A DNA stretch of 63,983 bases, filler included, from Stramenopiles sp. TOSAG23-6 (taxonomy: Eukaryota), in NCBI GenBank assembly GCA_900128565.1. It is 3 parts of 3 records of this genome, joined end to end, with 100 filler letters (N's around TTAATTAATTAA, not from the genome) between each part and the next. Parts side by side here need not be neighbours in the genome. Positions count along the whole stretch, not along the records: positions 24,013 to 47,199 come from LT636009.1; positions 47,300 to 63,983 come from LT636089.1; 1 more part is not named here. One strand, 5' to 3'. Each line of letters begins with the position of its first letter. Within the stretch, counting starts at the first letter, position 1. Made by a program: the position numbers and the translations under genes. Below are positions 43,986 to 52,655 of this stretch, in pieces. Under the pieces are notes generated by a model that made no database searches, was not told the origin of the DNA, and saw nothing but the letters and a program-made list of their open reading frames with translations.

Positions 43986-44537
43986 TTATTCTAATTCGTC
44001 ACTCACTGTTGGATTTCGTGTAAACATTATTGAAATATCCCCTATTATATTTTGATCTTTTTTAATTCCAGCTCGAGATACCCTTGATTCTAGCGGAATC
44101 CTAACCGATAAAGGCATATCAAAAGCTGGATCACTTTCAGTCTTTCCAGGTTGATGTTTACCCATAACAATTCGTGCTTCTCCTAGAAAATCGTCCGGTG
44201 CTTCTGAATTTTGACCCCAAACTTGCAGGACTAGTTGACTATTGTTTGTTTCTAAATGATCAATCATCTCCATATGATACCATACTGGATTGCCCTCTGA
44301 AGGAATTGAATAACTTTTGAAATTATGTTGTTCAAGCCTAATGGCAGCTCCTTGTCGAAGATCTACAAAAAAACCTAAAACATAGTAACCGTTGTACTGA
44401 ACCGCATTAGAACCTCGAAGTCCTTTTGCTTCCATACAAACAAGTTTAAATGGTTGAACCTGCACACGAGGCTTGCCTTTATTAAATAGTCCTAAGGGCA
44501 TTTTTACAGGGCATCGCATTAAATTTTTAAGTTTCAT
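43986..44537 (-). CDS. C2-domain protein
   Basis: EAKGL...NPVW...LQVW...DDFLGEARI. Confidence 0.75.
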   Translation of the reverse strand: MKLKNLMRCPVKMPLGLFNKGKPRVQVQPFKLVCMEAKGLRGSNAVQYNGYYVLGFFVDLRQGAAIRLEQHNFKSYSIPSEGNPVWYHMEMIDHLETNNSQLVLQVWGQNSEAPDDFLGEARIVMGKHQPGKTESDPAFDMPLSVRIPLESRVSRAGIKKDQNIIGDISIMFTRNPTVSDELE

Positions 44538-44786
44538 TGTGCGTGTATTTGTTGATTCGTAACGTCGTCCCGTATCCCTACGTAGGGCTATAATATATGT
44601 CCTCTATACTTACCTATTATATTGGATACCAAAAATGACACGAAATTCTTAAATTATTTGATTTTTCGATTTGCTACCTTTTTTTAATTTTTTTTTTGTC
44701 TTTACCACATACGTCATTGAAGAGAGTATACGTAACAATACGTTTCTTTTACAGTTTTTACATGCTATAGTATCTATACATAAAAA

Positions 44787-45869
44787 ATGATGATGAAATT
44801 ACTTGTACTATTGATGGTATTTATTACTTATTGCGCTAAAGGTGAAGTACCTGATGGAGAAAAGGCTGCTCTAAAAAAGTTGTATTCCGCAACTAATGGA
44901 GAGAATTGGCAGTGGGGAGGTTTTGCACCCTGGGAGATAAATGGAACTGGATCTGTTTGCGGTTGGAAGGGCGTAAAGTGCAATTTCGAAAAAACCGCTG
45001 TAATTGAGTTAAACCTAACTCACAAAAACCTATCTGGTTCATTTCCAAACGAAATTGGTCGACTAACAAATCTCGAAATTTTGTGGTTGGACCACAACAA
45101 ACTATCTGGCTCAATACCAAAAGAAATTGGTCAACTAAGAAAGCTCAGAGAAATGTACTTGTCAAGGAACAAACTATCTGGTGCAATTCCAACGGAAATT
45201 GGTCAACTAACAAAGCTCGGATGGTTGGACTTGTCATATAACCAACTAACTGTTCCGATTCCAACAGAAATTGGTCAATTAAAAAATCTCTTTTATTTGT
45301 TATTGGGAAACAACAATCTTAGTGGTCCAATTCCAAAAGAAATTGATCAACTAAAAAAGCTCAGAGTTTTGGAATTGGAAGGCAACAAACTATCTGGTTC
45401 AATACCTTCTGAAATTGGTAAACTAATAAAGCTCCAACATTTGGACTTTTCAGACAACAACTTATTTGGTGAAATACCTTCTAAAATTGATCAATTATCG
45501 AATCTCACACGTTTGAATTTGTCAAACAACTTACAGTTATGCACAAAACTTTCGAGAATTCATTTTTGTAGAAATGTGCCTGAATGTTGGGTATCGTATA
45601 CTCCTAAAAGTAAAGGTATTTATGACAAGTGTCCAGAGATTATGAAAAAAAGAAAAAAAAGCAAAGGAAACAATACGACAAAAGTCTCAAATCAACGATG
45701 GGCACCATTTGTTATTATTGGACAACGATGGGTACCATTTGTTATTATTGCAAGTACTTTAAGTGTTTTACTAATTGTATTTATTTTCTGTTGGTGTCAC
45801 CGACAATGTTCCAAGGGTAAGAAAGTAGATAAGCCAACAATTGTCTCTGATAGTTATGCACATGTGTAG
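44787..45869 (+). CDS. Plant-type LRR receptor-like type-I membrane protein
   Basis: Signal peptide; ALKKLYSATNGENW...CGWKGVKC cap; 24-aa NxLSGxIPxEIGxL repeats; TM segment. Confidence 0.9.
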   Translation: MMMKLLVLLMVFITYCAKGEVPDGEKAALKKLYSATNGENWQWGGFAPWEINGTGSVCGWKGVKCNFEKTAVIELNLTHKNLSGSFPNEIGRLTNLEILWLDHNKLSGSIPKEIGQLRKLREMYLSRNKLSGAIPTEIGQLTKLGWLDLSYNQLTVPIPTEIGQLKNLFYLLLGNNNLSGPIPKEIDQLKKLRVLELEGNKLSGSIPSEIGKLIKLQHLDFSDNNLFGEIPSKIDQLSNLTRLNLSNNLQLCTKLSRIHFCRNVPECWVSYTPKSKGIYDKCPEIMKKRKKSKGNNTTKVSNQRWAPFVIIGQRWVPFVIIASTLSVLLIVFIFCWCHRQCSKGKKVDKPTIVSDSYAHV

Positions 45870-46232
45870 TGTATATACTTGTTTTTTTGTACGAAATTTT
45901 GTACCTAACGATTTTTTGACTCAAAAAAAAAATTAAGAATTACGATAAAGTTTAAAAGTTTACGACTCTTGAAAAAAATAAGAAAACAATACAAAAATAA
46001 TTTAAATTATTGGGAAAGATAAAAAACAATTTGTTTTAATTTCATTTCAATTCAATCATTTCAAAAGAGAAAAACAAATTAAAATGATATTTAATTTTTC
46101 GATTTTTTTGATTTNCTATTTTTTATTTTACTTCTGACGCGAAAATCGCGTACTAGCAAGCTTTTCCCAGTTATAGTGTCTTCCTTTTTTTCAAACGTGT
46201 ACAATATAAATTTCAATCACAGTGCAGAAAAC

Positions 46233-47142
46233 ATGTTACGTTCATTCACACATGGTACTAGACTAACTGTTACAAACATATCCAGTGTTTTTCGTGGAGT
46301 TTCTACTTCTTCCAACTCTCCTGTTTTGCAACTCAACAGGGAGGTCAGGGAGGCACTTGACGCAAGCAAGCCTGTTGTAGCTTTAGAGTCTACGATTATT
46401 TCACATGGTATGCCATATCCACAAAATGCTGAGACGGCTATTGCCGTTGAACAAATTGTCCGTGATGGTGGAGCAACTCCTGCTACTATTGCAATTTTGG
46501 ATGGAAAAATTCACGTAGGTCTCACAAACGATCTTCTTGATGAACTCGCGCGATCCGGAAAGTCAGTGCAAAAATGTTCAAGGCGCGATTTACCTGTCGT
46601 TATGGCACAAAAACGTCATGGCGCAACTACTGTCGCTGCAACAATGTACATCGCTCATTTAGCTGGAATTGATGTATTTGTGACGGGGGGAATTGGTGGT
46701 GTACACCGAGGAGTGGAAGAAACTTTAGATATTTCTGCTGATCTCACAGAACTTGGGAAAACACCCGTAGCAGTTGTTTGTGCAGGAGTTAAATCAATTT
46801 TAGATATTCCTCGCACGTTAGAAGTGTTGGAAACACAAGGTGTTCCAGTGATGACTCTTGGTGCAAATAACTTTCCGGCTTTTTTTTCTCCTGACTCTGG
46901 TATACAATGTAAGAAACCTACATTCATTTCAGATTTCAATTTTCAATTTTCAATTTGTTTTCGTACGAAATTTTGTACCTAACAAAAAACAAAAAAACAA
47001 AAAAACAAAAAAGATTTGTTTTTTGACATTTACGTTTTCATCATTCATTGTCAAATCTAATGAATTTCAAATTTGAGTTTGTTTTTACTCCACATCACCA
47101 TATACAATTGACTCAGAAATAGAAGCTGCTGCTGCTATATAT
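46233..47142 (+). CDS. psuG: Pseudouridine-5'-phosphate glycosidase, partial (3' end lost at the contig end); likely mitochondrial presequence
   Basis: [47 protein letters not shown]. The spliced exon continues [16 protein letters not shown]. Confidence 0.92.
46909..47095 (+). other. Intron GT...AT (187 nt), apparently a compound of two family units
   Basis: CAA T|GTAAGA...GTACCTAAC...GACATT-TACGTTTTCATC...TCTAAT...ACTCCACAT|CA CCA. Confidence 0.75.
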
Positions 47143-47199
47143 GCATGTTTTATTTTTTTTCAAATTCGATTTTTTTTTCGTACGAAATTTCGTACCTAA
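47143..47199 (+). other. Partial family intron with GC donor, truncated by the gap
   Basis: TAT|GCATGTTTT...CGTACGAAATTTCGTACCTAA. Confidence 0.7.
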
Positions 47200-47299
47200 N
47201 NNNNNNNNNNNNNNNNNNNNNNNNNNNNNNNNNNNNNNNNNNNTTAATTAATTAANNNNNNNNNNNNNNNNNNNNNNNNNNNNNNNNNNNNNNNNNNNN
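47200..47299. other. Artificial contig-joining spacer
   Basis: 44 N + TTAATTAATTAA + 44 N. Confidence 0.97.
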
Positions 47300-47353
47300 G
47301 TACGAAATTTTGTACCTAACGATTTTTTTTTGAAATATTTTTCCAAAATACAT
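47300..47353 (+). other. Partial family intron (3' half) ending CCAAAATACAT
   Basis: GTACGAAATTTTGTACCTAAC...GAAATATTTTTCCAAAATACAT precedes the QTRT exon. Confidence 0.75.
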
Positions 47354-47944
47354 TAGAGCAGCTACAGATAATCTACCTAAAGATAAGATTCGTGTACTCC
47401 GCGGTATGTTCCGACCATCTGAAGCAATTACAGCTGTTGTTGAGTGTGGTATAGATGTAGTAGAATCTGGATATCCAGTCATTCTTACTGAACGTGGAAG
47501 AGCGTTAGTGACACCATTATTCGAAGATAATGATGATGGCACTCAGGAAATTCGAAATCCATTCGATATGAAATTTGAACAAGTAAAAAATCACTCTATT
47601 AATTTATGGGATAGACGTTATAGAACAGATATGAGGCCTTTGGTCGATGGGTGTAAATGCTATGCTTGTGAGCGACACACTCGTGCATACATTCATCATT
47701 TACTTCGGACAAATGAAATGCTCGGACAAATATTGCTATATGTATGTTTTATTTTTTTTTTTACAAAAAAATCGAATTTATTTTCGTACGAAATTTTGTA
47801 CCTAACGTTTTTTTTTTGAAATATTTTTCCAAAATACATACACATAATTTACATCGCTATATTAGTATGTTTTCTGATTTACGTCTTGCTATTCAAAGTG
47901 GTAAAACAGAAAATATTCAAGAAATACAAAACCGATTTGAGTAA
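47354..47944 (+). CDS. QTRT2: Queuine tRNA-ribosyltransferase family protein (likely accessory subunit), C-terminal part; one complete intron
   Basis: GIDVVESGYP; PLVDGCKCYACERHTRAYIHHLLRTNEMLGQILLY|THNLHRY. Confidence 0.85.
47742..47839 (+). other. Family intron, GT...AT (98 nt)
   Basis: TAT|GTATGT...GTACCTAAC...CCAAAATACAT|ACA CAT AAT restores LLxxHNL; no AG within the intron. Confidence 0.9.
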
Positions 47945-48082
47945 GTCTTATATTTTTGTGTAAATATGTTGCTTTGTGTAAAATTTATGATATTAACTAA
48001 ATTAGTATAGTATATATTTTCGACTCTCTTGCTTGTTGAAACGCTTTATTTTTTGTATTCTTCATACTAATTTCTCATTTAC

Positions 48083-50347
48083 TCATCGACGAGTTCCACT
48101 GCGACGTGGTGCTCTAACTCTAAGACGTTGTCCTGGTTTTATTGAGACTCCAGCTGTCTTACTAGAATACCGGCTACTATGCTTTGGACTAATTCTTATT
48201 CTATTGGAAGGATTTTGTCTGATTTTTTTATTATTTACAGCTGCAAGAGAAGCAATTTTTATAGCTTTATCTGTTTTTGCACTCTTTTCCTCTGCAATTC
48301 GTTTTTGCATTTCATTCAGCCTTGCTGTGTATTCTTTTTTTGCCTCCGTTTCCACGCAAGACACATTGTTTTCACTCTTACAGTTGAGATTCTCAGAATT
48401 CGAATTTGTTTCTTCGCCAGAAAATATAGAGTTATTCATCGAAGGAATAAGCTTTGGATTTTCCTCAAGATCCTCAGCAGTTATAATAGGATCAACTAAA
48501 CGCCTCATTTTATCTTCAATGACTAATTTCCTATAAAAATTCAATTCTTCTTTGCTTTGAGAAGGGCTTGTGTCTTGGTCTAATTCCTTTTGTTTCTTCT
48601 GCAACCACTTTCTTAATTTTAATGACATTTTCAATAGACGGCGTTGGTGTGTAGTGTTTTGCATACCCATTTCACGCAAATCTGAGCTTGTAAGAATTGA
48701 AATTGTTTCAAGACTATCTATACCGTTTTTCTTTAATAATTTGATATACTCGGTCATTTTTATAGCTTGTAGAAAACCATCAAAGCCATGAGTGTTACAG
48801 GCAGATTTCCAAGAATCAACTGATAATGTTGGAGCCTTCTCTTTTGACTTACTATACATATTTTTCGTACCAAATTCCATACCTAAGGATTGATTCGTAT
48901 CGAATGTATTCGATCCATTTCCTTCATTTATTCGCAAAGTATTTAATGTATTTTGAAATTCATCATTGGATGATTCGCTAGATTCGTCTACAAAATCAAC
49001 TTCATCAGTATTTAAAAGTGTCTGGAATCTTCTCTTCCTCTCTGCTTCCTGAGCTTTTCTAGATCTTGCTCGTCTCTTCCAAGAGTACTCTTTCTCTTGA
49101 GCTTTAATATGTCTTCTATAAAAGTCTAGTTCATCTTGTTTCTGCTTTTCTGTTTTCGTTTTTTCTCTTGCTTGTCTCCTTTCTAATGCTTCTTTCTGAA
49201 AAATGTGTAGTTCTTGAGAATTCATGGTTCTAATATCAGTGACACGTGTGTTATATTGTTGACCTTTATTGCTAATCATTGATGCTTGTCCAGCTCTCCT
49301 AGATCTCATGTTACTCAGTAATTCCTTAGCACTCATGGTGTCGTCAATTCGCACAAACTTAGATGAAGAAAATTTTGTTTCACTAGTAGTATCGAGGTTT
49401 ATATCAGATTCCAAAGCAGGAATCTTGGAATTGTTATAATGTTGTTCTAGTGACTCATCTTCACTTTCATCTTCACTATTTAAATCTCGTATACTTAAAT
49501 TATTTGTATATTGCTCTATTGACCCATCTTCACTTTCATCTTCACTATTTAAATTTCCGATATTTAAATTATTTGTATATTGGTCTATTGACCCATCTTC
49601 ACTTTCATCTTCACTTTCATCTTCACTTTCATCTTCACGTAAAAATTCAGACGAATTCCAATGTTTCATATTTTCAATCTTTGGAGAGTGAAGTGATTCA
49701 ATATAAGTGAATACATCTTCTGTAGGCTTTGTAGGCGGACGTAACGCAGATAGTTTTGGATAAAATGAATCAGGTTCTGCTGTAGCTTCATATTTTACTG
49801 CAAGAAGTTGAACCTGAATAACGTAAAATCTTGTGTATATCAGAATAACATCTTGGAAGTTATCCCATAAAGCCGACTCTGAATTCTTTATATCTGGTGG
49901 GAAGAAATCAATTGTGTATGAATAAGTACTCTCGGGTGTAAGCAACACTTTAAATATTGATGAATCTTTTGAGGAAGCAGAAATTGCAAATCTAGGCGTT
50001 AAACATCGTGTAACAACAACTGGCTGGTGAGTTTTCCCCACATTGCGTAATAATAAGTGCCTTTTAAGAGCTCTTTTTGTAGTGGCATATGATTTGAAAA
50101 CTACGTTTCCCTCTGGGACTGTGTAAATGCTACGACTACCGGTTGAGTATGCTGTGTTTACAGCATCACCATCTTTTAGAAATCGTCGAGGAGTAACAAC
50201 ATTATCTGGTAGCATAGCTACTGAAGAAGTAGAAAGTTTTGCTTCGCTTTTATTCACGTGGAATTCGAGCTCATCTTCCTCAAAAATAAGCTGATCGTCA
50301 AGGTCTGTATGGCGAGGCTTTTGAAGTTTTCGGAAGTCTAGATTCAT
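48083..50347 (-). CDS. Hypothetical protein with N-terminal ASH/PapD-like region, acidic repeats and a SAM-like domain
   Basis: LLLRNVGK...YTIDFFP...FQDVILI; (S)EDESEDG repeats; FLQAIKMTEYIKLLKKNGIDSLETISILTSSDLREMGM. Confidence 0.65.
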   Translation of the reverse strand: MNLDFRKLQKPRHTDLDDQLIFEEDELEFHVNKSEAKLSTSSVAMLPDNVVTPRRFLKDGDAVNTAYSTGSRSIYTVPEGNVVFKSYATTKRALKRHLLLRNVGKTHQPVVVTRCLTPRFAISASSKDSSIFKVLLTPESTYSYTIDFFPPDIKNSESALWDNFQDVILIYTRFYVIQVQLLAVKYEATAEPDSFYPKLSALRPPTKPTEDVFTYIESLHSPKIENMKHWNSSEFLREDESEDESEDESEDGSIDQYTNNLNIGNLNSEDESEDGSIEQYTNNLSIRDLNSEDESEDESLEQHYNNSKIPALESDINLDTTSETKFSSSKFVRIDDTMSAKELLSNMRSRRAGQASMISNKGQQYNTRVTDIRTMNSQELHIFQKEALERRQAREKTKTEKQKQDELDFYRRHIKAQEKEYSWKRRARSRKAQEAERKRRFQTLLNTDEVDFVDESSESSNDEFQNTLNTLRINEGNGSNTFDTNQSLGMEFGTKNMYSKSKEKAPTLSVDSWKSACNTHGFDGFLQAIKMTEYIKLLKKNGIDSLETISILTSSDLREMGMQNTTHQRRLLKMSLKLRKWLQKKQKELDQDTSPSQSKEELNFYRKLVIEDKMRRLVDPIITAEDLEENPKLIPSMNNSIFSGEETNSNSENLNCKSENNVSCVETEAKKEYTARLNEMQKRIAEEKSAKTDKAIKIASLAAVNNKKIRQNPSNRIRISPKHSSRYSSKTAGVSIKPGQRLRVRAPRRSGTRR

Positions 50348-50655
50348 GATCTACAATATATCGACTTGATATTGACGTAACCAGCTCTTACAGACAGCTC
50401 TACAGGGCTAGCAAGTTTCTAAATGTTATCACTCACTGTATAGTTTGTTACTAAAAGTTTACGTAACCTTGGGTGAAAAAAGAACAAGAAGTTTTTAACG
50501 GTTTCAAAATCAAAAAACGAATTTTGCTATTTTTTCAAACGGCTTTTGGCCTACTCAAGAAAGAGTGTCATATTATTATATGCCATCCTTCTCAAAGTTA
50601 TTCATACCAATTTCAAATTGTGATCGTGAGAGCAACATATAATATTTTTAATACT

Positions 50656-51720
50656 ATGTTTCTATGTAAGGCTACTTTTTGTATCCTGTTACTACTTGTA
50701 AACAACACTGTAAATGCAAAAAACTTTCCGAAAATACCAGCAGCTCGAAGTCTGAGGAAGAAAAAACATAAAATTGTGAGACGTTTTCCAAAAGCTCAAA
50801 GCCAGGGGAAGAAAGAACACGAATTTCGACTAACTGCACACCATTATATACCAAAATCAGCCCTGGAAAAGATTTATCGACTTCTTGCTGTCACGGATTC
50901 TGAGCGATTTGTCAAAATTTTGAACCAATTTATTCCACAAAGTCAATTTAGTATATTACCTTCAGAGAAAACTTTTTCACGCCTTTCAGTCAATCTTTTT
51001 TATGGACCTATCGCTGAAAGTCGAATTAATGACCCTGGTAATGATATAGATCCTATACGGTCTATTTTCGAAGTTGACTCTTGGCCTAGCTCAATTGTTC
51101 ATTTGCACGGTCCAGCCTTAGTGGCCATGAAGAGACTTTGGAATGCAACACAAAATGCGATGACAGTCTATTTTGCCTGTTTCGAAAGGACAGACACTGA
51201 TATTGTAAATGAAAAACTATTTCCTGAAATTGAAGAATTATTTAATGCATTCGAAGCTGCGCTTTACGCGTGGAGTCTAGAAAAAAATGTCAAAATATCT
51301 TTTTCTAAAAAAGACGCTCTGTTATACAACCCAATTGATTGGCATCAAGTCTTTATCAGGGAAAATGGAACTAGAAAGGTATATTGGTCACTCATTGAAG
51401 ATCCCAAGACATCATTCTCAAAAACTAATTTAATCAGATATGATAAAGATAGAGAAATTGAGAAAACAATGCGTATAAAAGTAATAGAGTTGAGCACTGC
51501 AGTGAGACACTGGAGACTTCTACATCGATATGTTAATTTTGTCAGCATTCCTTATATAGCACGAAAACGTTCTCAACTCCAACCGCTATTGGATGAGCAT
51601 ATTATAGAGCACCCTATTCATACTGAATCTATTACAGAAGCCTTAAAGAACGTGAGTGAAAGGTTTGCGGATGTAATAAAAGACATAAAAGAAACACCCT
51701 TGGAATATTGCTACGGTTGA
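50656..51720 (+). CDS. Secreted hypothetical protein
   Basis: Signal-like MFLCKATFCILLLLVNNTVNA; long open frame. Confidence 0.65.
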   Translation: MFLCKATFCILLLLVNNTVNAKNFPKIPAARSLRKKKHKIVRRFPKAQSQGKKEHEFRLTAHHYIPKSALEKIYRLLAVTDSERFVKILNQFIPQSQFSILPSEKTFSRLSVNLFYGPIAESRINDPGNDIDPIRSIFEVDSWPSSIVHLHGPALVAMKRLWNATQNAMTVYFACFERTDTDIVNEKLFPEIEELFNAFEAALYAWSLEKNVKISFSKKDALLYNPIDWHQVFIRENGTRKVYWSLIEDPKTSFSKTNLIRYDKDREIEKTMRIKVIELSTAVRHWRLLHRYVNFVSIPYIARKRSQLQPLLDEHIIEHPIHTESITEALKNVSERFADVIKDIKETPLEYCYG

Positions 51721-52013
51721 CTGTAGCAAGGGAATAGTTTACTGTAGAACTTTGGAACATAAATATTTTTTTTTGTAATTTTTTTTGTTAGGTACGAAAT
51801 TTCGTACGAAAAAAAAATTAAATTAAATTAAGAAGATTTTCTCCTTTGTAAAGATTGAGTCTACTAGATATATTCTACAGATAGAATTATGTGATTACAA
51901 ATAGTGTAAAATATTTAATGAAAATTGATTTATAAAGTTACTTGAACCTGTACCAACTTTATACTCATCCGAAATGAAACTATTGTGTTACTTTATACTC
52001 AACCAAAATGAAA

Positions 52014-52349
52014 CTATTGTGTTAAATACCCTACTTGTGGCTGAGGCTGATATGCGACAACCGGAGCTTGATATAAAGGCGCTGCTGGAACTGCAGTAGC
52101 AACAGTATATTGTGGTACTGGCTCGAAATAGGCTGCTACAGGTTGATTTTGATGTCCTTGGAAATACTGTTGCTGTTGATATTGCTGACGATTCATAGTC
52201 ATACAACCTCTACCCATGTATTGCTGTTGCTGCATATATTGCTGTTGTTGCATATATTGCTGTTGACGTCGATTTTCAGCAGCTTCGTTTGNTGCACAAC
52301 AACAAAACAAACAAGCAAGACACTCGAGTTGGCACAGAAGATCTTCCAT
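52014..52349 (-). CDS. Small Cys-rich/Gln-Tyr-Pro-rich protein
   Basis: MEDLLCQLECLACLFCCC followed by QQQQYM repeats and P/Y/Q-rich tail. Confidence 0.55.
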   Translation of the reverse strand: MEDLLCQLECLACLFCCCAXNEAAENRRQQQYMQQQQYMQQQQYMGRGCMTMNRQQYQQQQYFQGHQNQPVAAYFEPVPQYTVATAVPAAPLYQAPVVAYQPQPQVGYLTQ

Positions 52350-52655
52350 GTGATTGAATCCTCTTCTTTTTAATGATCTCCACACAAGTGTCAAGTAAAA
52401 GCTTCTTATCTTGTCGCGGTCTCGCTTTTTCGATTTATTTTTCGAGACACAATTTTTTTATGACAGCTTCAGCTGCGAATAATGGCTATATATTGTAGAG
52501 CGATCGTACAAGCTAGCCTAGGGTTAGGGTTTCTCTTTTTTTTTTTAACGTTTCTGTAACTGAAGAAAGAAAGAACGTACCTAGAAAAGAATTTTATATG
52601 CAATAACTCTTTACTTATTTTTGATAAAAAGGCAAACACGCCCGATTGAAAAATA

